NCBI GenBank assembly: GCA_047495785.1
Contig: JBLDXI010000010.1
Coordinates: forward strand, 868,001 to 932,000
Source: Lepidodermella squamata
Lineage: Eukaryota > Animalia > Gastrotricha
Length of the DNA stretch: 64,000 nucleotides
Direction: 5' to 3'
Below, one piece after another: positions 23,601 through 35,458 of this stretch. The notes below the pieces were generated by a model. The model did no database searches and was not told where the DNA came from. It saw nothing but the letters and a program-made list of their open reading frames with translations. The first letter of the stretch is position 1. Every line of letters begins with the position of its first letter. Position numbers and translations under genes: made by a program.

Positions 23601-25917
23601 GATGAATCTGTTGCCCGTTGCCTGGTCCGTCCGTGATCTTCCGTCACGCGTGACGCTGTAGGAGCTACTTTGATTTGCTCGATCGGCGCGGCTCAGAGCC
23701 AAATTCCCCAGTAGGCTAGGAGGGCTGCCATTGACCTTTTACGCGGACCACCCAGGTGGGACCCTGAGTGGCAGTATGGGCTTTATCCGAAAATTTGAAA
23801 ATTTGAAACTCATCAGCTCATCAGCTTCAAGAAAAAGTATAGCTAACTGAGACGTGGCAATCTCTATCGTCGCAGTCAATGTTTGAAGGTTAGGCGTTGC
23901 GCAATGGTGGTCACAGTCAGTTTTCACCTTTTGAAACAGCGTGCGAAGTAGGATCCGGGAGCTGAGGTATTTTCTACTTATTTTCTAGAACCCAGACGAA
24001 GAAACCAAAGGGTCCCCGCCGTGGTTTTATCAGCCTTCCTCTAGTCGGAGTCTCGGAGCACTCCTGTACTTCGCACCCTGTATTGAAATGCAGAGGATCA
24101 GCAAGGACTAAAATAGTGCTGTTTGCCCATGACTAAGGTAGTAGACTAATGCGTACCCCTGAAAGAGGCCCTCCCAACGTAACTTAAATTTCAACATCCT
24201 GCCTTATTTGCATATGCGCACATTTTTTACGGCCTAGCAAACTTTTGCAAACTTTTGACTTTTGACCTTTGACATACAAGTGATGCCTGCCCTGCTTGCG
24301 ATTAGCGGCAGACATTAAAACAAAATATGTAGTCTAAGGGTGAAAAAGCAAATTGTTATGGTTGATTGATCTTGCTCGGGGATAGGGGATAGGGAATAGC
24401 ATGGGAATAGCATGGGGCATGGGAATAGCGCCCAGGTCGATTGGCTTATCCTCGAAGTAACGCTTTCCAGCGGCCTCCCTAGTGTGGCATGTTGGCATTC
24501 CTATCATAGAATTAGGTGGTGGCTATGGATATTTAGTGTTGGAGTTGCTTATTTAGTCTTAAATGGGATTAGTGGCAACGACTTTCAAATTTAGTGCTGG
24601 AGCTCTAAATTTAGTGCTGGAGTCTTTATTTAGGTAGGTGCAGTTGGCACACCCTTGTAGAAAATATAACTGATTTTTTTTTCTAATATTCCTACCGTGA
24701 GAAAATTCCATCTTCTACCTGCGATTTAACTGAAGGAATAAAAAATTTACCAGAGAAAACCCGGAAAACCCCAATGGTAACTGGTTCGGTTATTTTCGGT
24801 ATTTCACCCGGTTGGGCCTAATTTCTCTGGATTAGCCGGATTGATTACTATTTTCGTGATTTCTTTTAATTTTTTTCTGCAAATTTTCATCTCTCATTTT
24901 AGAGTAACTGAACTATTTTCCGTGAATTTTCTTTGCTTGGGTTACTTATATAATTATGGGACACGCTGTATTTATAACAAGGGAACAACTAACTGTTTGA
25001 ATATCGAATGGGAACGTCAGAAGTTTAAGATCACACCAGGTTTTAGCCGTCCCTAAATTATTGGAAAAATTTCGAAAATATTGAGAAAAAATCGTCGTAT
25101 TCTTTACCTGTTGGGACAAAATTGAATACACCTTTATGAGTCACCCTGATGACGAATTGCTTGTCCTTACTGATGGAATACATGTGATCGGCTGAATTTG
25201 TCATCGCTATATCAGGCAGCCATACTCGCTCTGAATCTGCAAAACGGTAACCATGAGACAAAAATTCTAAAAGAAATTATTTTAGAAGGGGCTTACTTTT
25301 TGCGGAAACAAATTTTCTATTAATATTCCACCCCAATTGATTTTATATAATTTTGAGGAATTCAGTGGTTTATATAAAAACACAAAGTTATACATTTTTA
25401 ATCATTTTCTTACAGTTCCGCAAAATGCAATTTTTTCCCGCAAATTCAAATCTGATTTTCGGAGAATTTGCCATTTTTACTGAATTTTTTCCTGTTTTAA
25501 TTCGAAAAAAATGCATTTCGATTCGGTATCAGACGATGTTAAAGCTTTCTAATTTTACCAAACGTTAATTCAGAGACGTTGTTGTAGAGAGCTGGGTCCC
25601 AAGTTGCTCTCGGGTCGAGCCATTCCATGAAAAGTGCTACAACGCTTTCGAAAATGCCCTCTCGCTCCACAGTCGTTTTCACTTTGAGCAACAAAATATC
25701 CAGCGTCACAATAACAGGCTTACTGGGTAATCTATTAAATTCAAAATTTATTAAAAAATTACGATGGAATTGGGTCAAATTACATTTCTTTGTTGTATTT
25801 CGCGAAAATACTGTCCATCAACTGCGCCATTCGATCGGTATCTTCCCCGCAGGCCACAGGTCTCATTATCGCCCAGGAAATTATCCAAAGATATCCAAGA
25901 AATTCTGTAGCCACCAT
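20606..25917 (-). CDS. Cys-loop ligand-gated ion channel subunit C (non-alpha), with expanded TE-containing introns
   Basis: Signal peptide MVATEFLGYLWIISWAIMRPVAC at 25917. Motifs LPSKPVIVTLDILLLKVK..FMEWLDPR, VWLPDIAMTNSAD, WCDLKLLTFPFDIQ, SFYIINLIFP, TALSKYIITL. M4 KWEDVAARLDFIMF..DDTCPNEISNYDHHS* has its stop at 20606-20608. Confidence 0.85.
21447..21885. mobile_element. Degenerate copy of the GGGT..CCAGCACTAAA TIR MITE family (intron of LGIC C)
   Basis: Starts GGGTGTGAAAAAGTGCGCACCCTAAAATTAGGGTTCCAGCACTAA, matching the ends of the 23031-24654 element. Inverted TTTAGTGCTG motifs lie at ~21841-21870. The right end and TSD are unclear. Confidence 0.55.
23031..24654. mobile_element. Non-autonomous Mutator-like TIR element with 9-bp TSD (intronic)
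   Basis: Flanked by direct repeat TTGTAGAAA (23022-23030 and 24655-24663). Imperfect TIRs GGGT...ACCC contain repeated CCAGCACTAAAT/ATTTAGTGCTGG motifs. No transposase ORF. Confidence 0.75.
23937..24080. mobile_element. Small nested Tc1/mariner-like MITE
   Basis: Inverted termini CAG(C/G)GTGCGAAGTA ... TACTTCGCACCCTG, followed by TA on the right side only. Confidence 0.45.
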
Positions 25918-26989
25918 CTAAAAATTTTGCGAAAAATATTTAAAAATTTACACTAGGAAAATGATATAATTTTGTTTTGCGAGATGACAACATTTTATCA
26001 AGCCTTGCTAATTTATTCGCCGAGTGTATGATACGTAAGTATAGCTGGGTGGTATGATGGTGCATCTTGTAATACACACGCGGCGCGCTAAGTATCGCCG
26101 AGGGCCCGAGGCGTTAATGAGGCGTTGTTTGCTCGCACAGGTGTGCGCGTTTTACGCTTTTAAGGCGGCGGACGGAAAGTGACTAGGCTGAAAAAAAATT
26201 GCTGAAGCAACAACGTTGGAAAAAAACGGCGCCACTCGCGTTGTTTACGCAAGGCGAGGAGGAATATTATTACTCGAGCCAATAACGCGGTTTGGTAGTC
26301 AATAATACTTATACTCGCGCGTGTTGTAGTCTCTCGACCTAATAGGCGTTATTAATAACAATAATTATGTACTTCTGAACAATTTTTCATTTGAACTAGA
26401 CTTGCGCTAGAATGATAATCTCCCTATGGCAAAATTACGAATATTTTTGGGCTGTTTCCTGAACTAAATTGAAAAATTCTACAATATTGGACAATTCGGG
26501 CAAAAATCTAGGGCATAGGTATTTTTTGTGATTAGTAATTCGGAAGCCGATCAGCACTAGTCATAAAAGTGTTGAGTACCATGAGCTTCTATATCAGGCA
26601 TCGAGGCATAAAATAAAAAGCTACCGTTGCATGATTTATGGCTGGCTGCCTAAGATACCTGAAATACCTTGATGCGCTTTACCATCCCGGCTGCACCGGA
26701 AGTTCGGTTCTTTTCTAGGCGTTGGGCGAGTCATATTTTCTGATTTTAAATTTCAAATTTTAACCTTTGGATGATTCCTGATTTACCTGATTTTATGAGA
26801 TTTTTTTTAAATTGTAACCTGCTTTGTTTTATGAAATTCATTACGTGTTCGGCCAACCTGGGACAATTTTAGTCGTTAATTAAAAAAATGTCGAATCTGG
26901 GCTTAATTCGTGTTTATTCGTCGAGGGCAATTTCAAGTTGTATTTTTCTCAATTAAACGCAGGCAACAAAATGAGATGAAAAGTTCATG

Positions 26990-28857
26990 CTAATACACGA
27001 TTTCAGCAGGATTATTTTCGCGAAACAGCGCCTTCACGTTGTCATAAGTTGCATTTGTCCGCGGCAATAGAACAGGGTCAAGCTTATCGAGGCCGATCAG
27101 GTGCGCTACGACAGCGTACACGTCTTTATTGGTCATATTGCGCGTTAATTCCGTCGCGTTAAATGCGCGCTTAAAGGCCGGCCCGCGGGCAATAAAAATC
27201 GGCTTCATTCGATAATCGGCCGGGTCAGTGCCGTGATTGGCCGTATAATGCGTCGCTGCTCGAGAAAATTCACGCTGAAAATTTGAAAAAAAAATTAAAA
27301 AAATTAATTGAAGACGAAAAAATTATTAAAAGAATTTTATTTTGAAAAATTGAAATTTCAAAATTTTTTAAAAATTTGAGAAACCTTGAACTTCGAAATT
27401 TCAACATTCAAAATTGTACATTTAATTTTCAAATTTTTTCTTTCGATTTTTAAAAAATTTCAGAAAATTGAAACAAATTGTTGCCTCTAGTTTCCTGATC
27501 ATACCTGAGCAATATAAACACCAGGGGTTCCAACAATCATCAATGGCGGGATTCGATCGCTATTTTCGTAGTTGAACCGATCCGGCATATCGCCCTTGAG
27601 ATGAACCGTGAATTTCCCAGCGAATTCCGGCCTCAAACTAGCAGTATGAATCCGCTCATACGCCTCTTGCAGCTTACCCGGCCGCGGCCAAGCGTGAAAA
27701 TTCGCGCCATACCTTGTCACGCGTTCAAACCAGTTACTTAAATTATTATCATCCAACAGATCTTCAACGAAAAATTCGTCGTGAATATCCCACATGCCGT
27801 GGTCGGAAACTAGGACGAGGTTCAGGTTGCTTTCGTCAAAGCCATTTCGCTCGAGGGTCATCAGTAGGTAGCTCAGGTAGAGGTCGGCCTTAGTCAGGGT
27901 GGTATCCATTTGAGGCCCGTGGCAACCGTGGTCGTGGCCGGTATCATCGGGTTCGAAACTGTACAAGAAAGCGAGTTCGATGCCTTCATTTTTCAACCAA
28001 TTGACAGTTTCATCCACTCTATCTTCAAATTTTACCTGAATGGAAAAATAGGTACAAAATTCAAAAATTTATTGAAAAATTTATGGAAAATTTATTGAAA
28101 AAATATCAAAAATTATTTTAAAAATTTTTCAAAAAATTGAAAACAACAAACTTTTATTTGAAATTTGAAATTTGAAAATTACTTCTCAAAATTTTCAATT
28201 TTTTGAATTTCAAAAATTTCGAAATCATTTTCAAATTTTCAATTTTATTTGAAATTTCAAGCTTTAAAAATATTTTAATTTGAAATTTGAATTATTAATA
28301 TTATTTGCGTACTTTTGAGGTGAAATCACTTCGATGTCGGGTTGCTCCGAAGCCACGAACGAGACTTCCAGGCCACATTGATGTTGAAGTTTTGGCGACA
28401 CCCAGCCGATGGGCCGTCACCCAGATGGGTTCACCTCGCCAAAATTCAGGATCCAACATGTCAGTCCTATTGACCTTGCCATAGATTTTCGACGAGAAAA
28501 TCGCATTCATGTCAGGGTCGTAGAAAATGTTCGAAACAATGCCATGGGTTTCGGGGTAGAGACCGGTTACGAGCGAAAAATGGTTCGGAAATGTTTCACC
28601 TGTAAAAAATATTTAAAAAATTCCAATACTAAAGAAATTAAGTTGGCTTCATTACTTGGATAGACACTTTGAACAGATTCGGTGAAAACGCCCTCGTCGC
28701 GAATTTTCTTGAACCATGGCAGGAAAAATCGGCCTGATTTCAGGTAATGCAAAGCAAAGCCATCGAATGACACAACTAGAACCTTGTGCTTTAGCTTAGC
28801 CGAGGCTAAGACAATAGCCAAGCCGATGAACACGCTTAAATTTAGCCAGAATCTCAT
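26990..28857 (-). CDS. Ectonucleotide pyrophosphatase/phosphodiesterase (ENPP4/5-like, type I phosphodiesterase family)
   Basis: Signal peptide; motifs [14 protein letters not shown]|[23 protein letters not shown] (catalytic Thr), [52 protein letters not shown]. Confidence 0.92.
27275..28300. repeat. Periodic An/Tn-cluster low-complexity introns (27275-27500 and 28040-28300)
   Basis: Runs of AAAA/TTTT recur roughly every 10-11 bp, e.g. caaaaattt attgaaaaat ttatggaaaa tttattgaaa aaatatcaaa aattatttta aaaatttttc. Confidence 0.6.
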
Positions 28858-29282
28858 TTTTGAAGCATTGGTCGTATGATTTAGTTGCGATTCCGTTCTA
28901 CAGCCATAGACATTTTTCGCGCGTTTTCAGCGCCACTTAATCTGTTGCAACCTGATGTGACAGAATAAGCTCAACCTGTTTCACCTTGCGCCATTTTGAC
29001 TCGGAAATCGAGGTGTTGACATAATATGTTTCTGAGGTTGAATTCAAAGTCGAAGTCTTCCAAGTTCAAAGTTCGTTCATTGTCGGTTTTATTGCTGCAA
29101 AATTACTAAAAAAATCCCAAAAAATTCGTTTGAAAGGTGCTTTACGTGATGCAATTCGAGCTCAAACCACTATGACTATGAGAATAAGGACTATAAATGA
29201 GACTGTCAAAAAATGATATTCGAATCACAATGAAAATTAGAATAAAGTGAGGAACTTCGAAGCATTTTTATAGAATCGCTTT

Positions 29283-31592
29283 TCAAACTTCGCGTGCAGA
29301 TTTTGGGCTTGCGTACTTTGATCTGTAAAATCGAAGTGTAGTGATTATACGACGATTCAACTTTCGCCATGAAGTAAGCTGGTAAAGATGTACCGCGGAG
29401 CTTGCTACAGAGAGCACCAAAGCAGATATAGAAATCGCAATTTGTTGCGTTATAACTTCCTTAGCCAGGATTACCGCTATGAGAATTCCAGCTGGAAGAA
29501 GAGTCGCAATTGCAGCAATTCCAGCGCAATTCAAATTGAACTCATGCCGATACCGCGATGAAATTCCATTCTTCCGAGTTTGAAATGCAGAGACGGCAGC
29601 GATGAGGAGCAAAACCTCTAAATCAGCCGCTACAGAGCCGAGGATAGCCCAGCAATCTGCACTTCCTTCACATTTGACAACTACCTTTTCGATAACTACA
29701 TCAGCCGCCTCGTCGTAGGTCGGTGAGTTTGACTCGGCGACATAGCATATTGTTTTCCGATTCGCCACCCATGCGATGAGTAAAAATATATTCAAAAGGA
29801 AGTAGGCAAGTGCGTTCTTCATCGTCCTTGATTCTGAGTATTCGAGTGAGGAGGCTGCAGTCAACCTGATTCCAGCAGACATTTGCCGTCTGACAGTTTG
29901 CAAGCTGGAGTTTCGAGCAACCCAGACGGAAGCTTTCACTCGGGCTTTAGCGCCCATAATGCGGAAGGATGGTATGCTTGCAATCAAAGTTACTCCAACC
30001 GCCATCAGGACGTATGCTGCGTCCTCGAGAGCTGCGCTCCTCTCATCGCGTTGGATCGCGAAAAGTATGCAGGATACACTGAGGAAAGCAGACCCTAACA
30101 AGCCGGAAACTTTGCAAAACTTCAGATGCGTGGTTTGAGTTGCAATGCGACAAATTGCAAACGTCTGAATCGCAATAATTAAACCAGCTAGAATCCATAT
30201 CGACAGGGACGTTGCGAATGAGATGTTAAGAAGGATTCTCGAAGTAAGAGGTTGGTCGTAGGGAGCTACCCCTCTTATCCACTGAATCGGGGCTCTAATC
30301 TCCGTGATGAAGCCCTGAATCTCATAATCTGTTGCATTCCGAAATTTCCTATAGTGGATCGCGTCGTGAAATCCTAATTCGAGGTTCCATTGTGACAAAG
30401 CAACGATATCTCCCAATAATTGGCCGTCTTTACTATAGGACATCTGACCAACTCTCAGCCCAGTGACGTTAGTCTCTAAGACTGCCTCCCTCGCGACTTG
30501 ACTCACAATTCGCGGTTGGCTCTGGTAGTCAAGAAGGCTCAAATTGTACCTAGCCTTAAGGATGCGATCTGTCCCATCCAATGCAAAAATAGTTGCTAGT
30601 AGTCCATCTCTGTGAAGATAGGAAAACGTCGATTCGTCGCGTTTAACTCCGATTGATTTGGTTAGATACGCCTGGAACTCGGCTGCTGTATCGCCGAGAC
30701 TGGTTATTCTCGACCAATTTTCAGGGATTGCAGCATTTCCTATAAAGTAGGTTTGCCGATACTGCTCATAAAATACTTCTTTAGGGCAACCTGGTGGCGC
30801 AATCAATGTGAAGGATGAGAAGAAAGCTATGAAAACGTATCGAGGCCCCGTTATACCCTGCCGGTAAGCCTCACAGAGAAGCAACGGGACTATAGCCTGA
30901 ATTCCACTGATCGAGAGAAAAATTATTCGCTGCTTAGAATCTTTGACTCTAAGAACAGTTTCATACGTAACCTCCGAGATTAAGTCGAAATGAGGTACTT
31001 TGAACCCGTTTGAAACAGCCTTGTCATGAAGAAAGAACGCAGTTGCAAAATCAACAGCTACAGCTGGAGTTGCGAGAAGAGCAAACGACTTCCATTTTCC
31101 AATATTAGCCATGAAGTTCAAAGCAGCCGTTGCAACGTCTTGATACGTTGCAAAGGTGAGAAAAAGGTTCACGTAGATCTTTCGATCGCTCAGAAACGGA
31201 GCAGCGCAGAATGCTGAAATTGAGACAGTGTCTAAATGAGGCAAAACCCGGTTGATTGCTTTGCAGCCAGCTGAGAACGTAAGACCTGAAGTGATAGGCA
31301 ACTGATAGCCGGGTTCGCGTCTATGTTGGATGTGACTTTGTACGGCTTGGAAGCCTACTAATTCTTCCTTCCGATCTAGCTCGATGAAGTATTCGGGCAA
31401 AATATCTTGCCGTGCGTTGATTCGCTCCACGGCGTAATCAAGACCTACGTTTATTGCCTGGGCTTGCTTAGGGTCTATTCCGAACATCGGGGTTAAATGC
31501 AGCAGCTTTATCCGATGGGTTTTATTCCGCATTTCGCCATTTATCGAATTGAACAACAGAAAAGCCGCTAATTCAAGTATGATAATGTACAT
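29283..31592 (-). CDS. Divergent class C GPCR, GABA-B-like (intronless), duplicate 1
   Basis: 769-aa ORF with signal peptide, AVERINARQDILPEY, KWKSFALL, CEAYRQGITGPRYVFI, APYDQP and 7 TM segments. Confidence 0.9.
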   Translation of the reverse strand: MYIIILELAAFLLFNSINGEMRNKTHRIKLLHLTPMFGIDPKQAQAINVGLDYAVERINARQDILPEYFIELDRKEELVGFQAVQSHIQHRREPGYQLPITSGLTFSAGCKAINRVLPHLDTVSISAFCAAPFLSDRKIYVNLFLTFATYQDVATAALNFMANIGKWKSFALLATPAVAVDFATAFFLHDKAVSNGFKVPHFDLISEVTYETVLRVKDSKQRIIFLSISGIQAIVPLLLCEAYRQGITGPRYVFIAFFSSFTLIAPPGCPKEVFYEQYRQTYFIGNAAIPENWSRITSLGDTAAEFQAYLTKSIGVKRDESTFSYLHRDGLLATIFALDGTDRILKARYNLSLLDYQSQPRIVSQVAREAVLETNVTGLRVGQMSYSKDGQLLGDIVALSQWNLELGFHDAIHYRKFRNATDYEIQGFITEIRAPIQWIRGVAPYDQPLTSRILLNISFATSLSIWILAGLIIAIQTFAICRIATQTTHLKFCKVSGLLGSAFLSVSCILFAIQRDERSAALEDAAYVLMAVGVTLIASIPSFRIMGAKARVKASVWVARNSSLQTVRRQMSAGIRLTAASSLEYSESRTMKNALAYFLLNIFLLIAWVANRKTICYVAESNSPTYDEAADVVIEKVVVKCEGSADCWAILGSVAADLEVLLLIAAVSAFQTRKNGISSRYRHEFNLNCAGIAAIATLLPAGILIAVILAKEVITQQIAISISALVLSVASSAVHLYQLTSWRKLNRRIITTLRFYRSKYASPKSAREV

Positions 31593-32779
31593 CCTCGCGC
31601 TATATAACTTTCACGAATGCTCGTATCGAATCTGTCAAAATGTGTCTTTTTTATTGCAGAGGCATGAATGACGTTGTGTTAATACTCCCTTATCCGGAAA
31701 TTATGAAGCCGATTAGTAGGAGATGTGTTAGTGTAAGGGGTTGTGTGACAACGTCCACTTCCTTGAAGACGTCCCGGCAATTGTATTAGAACATGTTAGA
31801 CGTTAGTGCTGAAATGCTTTTCTTGCATTTAATCAGGTATTAGTGACATCTTATCATTTTACAATCGGCCGTTAAAAGGTGAAACCGGGGTTTGGCGAAA
31901 GTTTTGACGCCACGAGATTTTGATGCCGTTTCTAAGATCATTGAACGAGGAGTCGAATGAAGTCAAAAAGAGTTTGACAGTCATCAGGGTTGCTGAGAAA
32001 ATGAGCTTCAACAATTTAGTTTTTTGCATCAAACAATATTTGTCGCGCAATAAATTCTGCTGATGCGCTGTCGACATTCATCTGGGTAATCTGAGGAAAG
32101 GATGACAATTTAGTTGTTGCTTCTCGGAATTTGCAGCAAATTGAACAATGAGCCGCGGCGTCGGCAGTAGACCGGGTCAAGTTTATCCACATAGAATATA
32201 TCAAAGGGTATAAGGCCTTGCATAGAAATAGTTCATCCGTTTTTGCTTTCTCATAACAGATAACCGTATTTCAGGGACTTTAAGAGAAAATGGCTGCAAA
32301 GAATATCTAAGTACGTTGAGAAAAGCTGAAGCTTTTGTCGCAAAGCAAGATATTGAAATCGCAAATGAGATCGACTCACTTGTGAATATGGCGATTGGTG
32401 AAATAGCATTGTCCTTACAGCTGATGCCTTAAAGCAGCGAGCGTACCTTAAAGCTCAGCACAAATGTAAACCAATGTTCGCGAAGTTGGAAGTTTCTGAC
32501 GAAAGAAGACTTTTTCTTCACCTTGAATTGTCATTTAAATCATTTTGTCACTCCGCACTCCATTGGTCGGTACGGTTGTGTGCTGGAATTTCCAGCACGT
32601 TCCGCACTATTCAATTAAGTGGCGAATTCAAGCCAGCACTTAACACATATTTTCTCCGCTGCATTTACAGGTTATATAGCGCTAATAAAAAAGAATACGT
32701 TCTCTTTACAGATATCCTCTTTCATTTCATGACTTTTCTATTTTTGCAATTTTGTTACTGATCAATAGGAACGAAGTTA

Positions 32780-34300
32780 ATGAGTGACAGGGCTAAAAAG
32801 AAGGAAGTGGAGCATAGAGTCACAGCATCTGCAAGCAGTTGTCAGACAAAATCCGAAGGACCTGGCAAGAAGGTTTGGCGATGTAGGTTCTGCAAGCGAA
32901 CCTATTCTAGCGCCCAGAGCCTGTTCAGCCACATCCAGCAATGGCATCCTGATCAGTGTCGATATCCGTGTAAAAGCTGTTCGCGGAAATTTTTCTCTAA
33001 AAAAGCCTTGAAAAGGCATGTCTTCGTAGTTCACGGCACAGCGGAAACAAGCAAATCTCTCCACTGTGTCCCATGTGATCTTCTCTTTGAGTCGGAAAAA
33101 GACTTCAGCAACCACGCAGAAGAGAAACATTCCACCAATTTAGATGTGACCTGCTCGTTTTGCCTGGCCGAGCTTAAATCGCCTCGCGGAAAGCATTGCC
33201 ACGAGGCGGCATGTGCATTTCGAAGAAAACCATCGAAGTTGCAGTGCCCACATTGCCCAGGCTCCTATCGCCATTACGGCAGCCTTAAATCTCACATCAG
33301 ACTCTCACACCCGGAATCAAGCGAGGTCCAAAAGTGCGACAAAGTTTGTACCACATGTGGGGTTTATTTTCGAGTGGAAGCCTCATTTAAGGCTCACGAA
33401 TGCCTGCCTAAAGCCACTACGCCTTATTTCTGCTCGGAATGCGAGACATATTTCGTGAAAAGAGACATCATGATTCGGCACTATCGAAGAAAGCACATCG
33501 ATGCATTGAAATTTCAGTGCAAACCTTGCGGCTTGAAATTTCTCTCTCTTGAAGATTTGCGTTCTCATGAGCATCGGTCGTGTCGTATACTTATGCCCGA
33601 CCGTAATAAGGGACCTTTTCCATGTTCAGCATGCGATTTTGTTTGCATCAGTCGAGAAAGTCGATTCAAGCACTTTGATAATCGACATCGAGACCTTTGC
33701 ACATTTGTCTGCAAAATATGTGGCAAGGCGAAGCCTACGCAGATATCTTTAAATCTGCATATCACGATGCACAAGCAAGATGCTAGGCTCAAATTGGCTC
33801 ATTTTCTTCGGGCGAAACGTGCGCTGGAATCCCCTCAATCTGTGCCGTCCTACTCTTGCAGCGAATGTGAAGCGGAGTTCTTCCAAAAGGGCGGACTAAT
33901 GAAGCACCTCCGGCAGCTGCATACTGACGCCCTCTTATTCGAATGTGCTGACTGCAGAATGAGGTTTCTAACGTCCGAAGATTTGATCCTGCATGACCAG
34001 CATCATTGCAAGGAGAAGGATCGCGTCAACGGGCCGTTTACGTGCACAGCCTGTGATTTCGTCGCCGTAAACCAGGCCAGCCGCTTGAGACATTTCGAGA
34101 GAAAGCACAACGAATTATGTGAGTACATATGCGAAATTTGCAATCGGCGTAAGCAGACGCCTCGGGCTCTGACCTCCCACAAAACTGTGTCTCACTCTGT
34201 CAAGAGGGATATCATAATTTCGAGCATGAGGCGTGGTTACGACGCTTTGAAACGAGCCTCAAGACTTGTTAAAGCTGAAAATGATGGCGATTGTTCCTAA
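32780..34300 (+). CDS. Multi-C2H2 zinc-finger protein (intronless, 506 aa)
   Basis: More than ten CxxC..H..H/C fingers. There is an internal duplication of a 4-finger block (YFCSECE..FQCKPCG..FPCSACDF..FVCKICG vs YSCSECE..FECADCR..FTCTACDF..YICEICN). AATAAA at ~34366. Confidence 0.92.
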   Translation: MSDRAKKKEVEHRVTASASSCQTKSEGPGKKVWRCRFCKRTYSSAQSLFSHIQQWHPDQCRYPCKSCSRKFFSKKALKRHVFVVHGTAETSKSLHCVPCDLLFESEKDFSNHAEEKHSTNLDVTCSFCLAELKSPRGKHCHEAACAFRRKPSKLQCPHCPGSYRHYGSLKSHIRLSHPESSEVQKCDKVCTTCGVYFRVEASFKAHECLPKATTPYFCSECETYFVKRDIMIRHYRRKHIDALKFQCKPCGLKFLSLEDLRSHEHRSCRILMPDRNKGPFPCSACDFVCISRESRFKHFDNRHRDLCTFVCKICGKAKPTQISLNLHITMHKQDARLKLAHFLRAKRALESPQSVPSYSCSECEAEFFQKGGLMKHLRQLHTDALLFECADCRMRFLTSEDLILHDQHHCKEKDRVNGPFTCTACDFVAVNQASRLRHFERKHNELCEYICEICNRRKQTPRALTSHKTVSHSVKRDIIISSMRRGYDALKRASRLVKAENDGDCS

Positions 34301-35458
34301 ATGTTACTTTCCACTCCTTGTAAGAACTAATTGTCAATGAATCTTGCATTATCATGTTTTTCGAAATAAATTGCGATGAAGCGTGTCAACTATTTTGCTG
34401 ATTTGTTGAAAAATAGAAACATGGCGATCTTTCCGATGCAGCCTACATGTTCCTTATATTACTGTGATGAAACCGCAGGTTTTTACCACGCAACGTTGAA
34501 GGTGTCATGGGAAAGGACATGGGGCCTTTTTTCGGCCTCGTTGGAAAATGTGTTATTCATCTATTATCTGTTGCCCTGAAAGGCTTTCTATCAGAGGATT
34601 AAGTTAGCATCCTGCTTGATTTCTGTCTGCTCGAGGTGGGGCAATAGGAATTTTGTTATTTTCACTGAACTGTCAGGTTGAACTGAAGGTTTAGGATTTG
34701 AAGATGAGGGTTGATGAGCCCCTTTTACTATAGTTGCCAACTGAGTCGCAGCATCAGCTAAAGCGATGGCCTATAGAGCAATAACGCCAACATTTATTTT
34801 TAGTAGAGCTTTATGTGTAGTTTTCAGTGTTCAGCAAAACATTCAATAAGGAAAACGTTTGTCCACCCAGTGTGCTAGCAATTTGAAAATAGTCAGCCTG
34901 AGAGTGAGATTTCGATTGTGTATGTGAAGATTCATTTGTGAGAAGATGGGGTTTCTGATCATTGTAAATAGCACCATGTCAGCCATAGTCTCATCCAATT
35001 TTTTGAGTTGGAAATTAAAAATGACGACGCTATTGAAACTCAGTCAAACCGGCCACAATAGTTTCATGACAATTATCATCTAGTCTCGTTAGTTCAACCT
35101 ATCATGATGTAAGGTTACCTATATACGCATAAAAAAGTTCCACTTTATTCAAACCCTTATATTTTTAGCATCAACCATCAACACTCAGAACCCATTTCAG
35201 TAATCTCACAAAATCGCATGAGCCAATTCCTCACTCCTCACCGCTAGCTGGTTGCTCGAAGCCAAGAAAGGGAAACTTTTTTTGTGCCCGAAATTTGCAT
35301 GAAAGCTCCACTTCTGTATCTAAACTGCATACTTTTCACTTTTATAAATGTTTATAAAAATGTCGTTCAATTTTCAATGTTATCAAATTTATTAATTTTA
35401 TTAATACAATTTGTTTGGGCACTATAAACTAACAGAACACAATGAAGTGTATTTAGAA

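Noticed and set aside
31859-32761. Short ORFs between the GPCR and the zinc-finger gene
   Set aside because: No motifs and broken frames; cannot be supported as genes.
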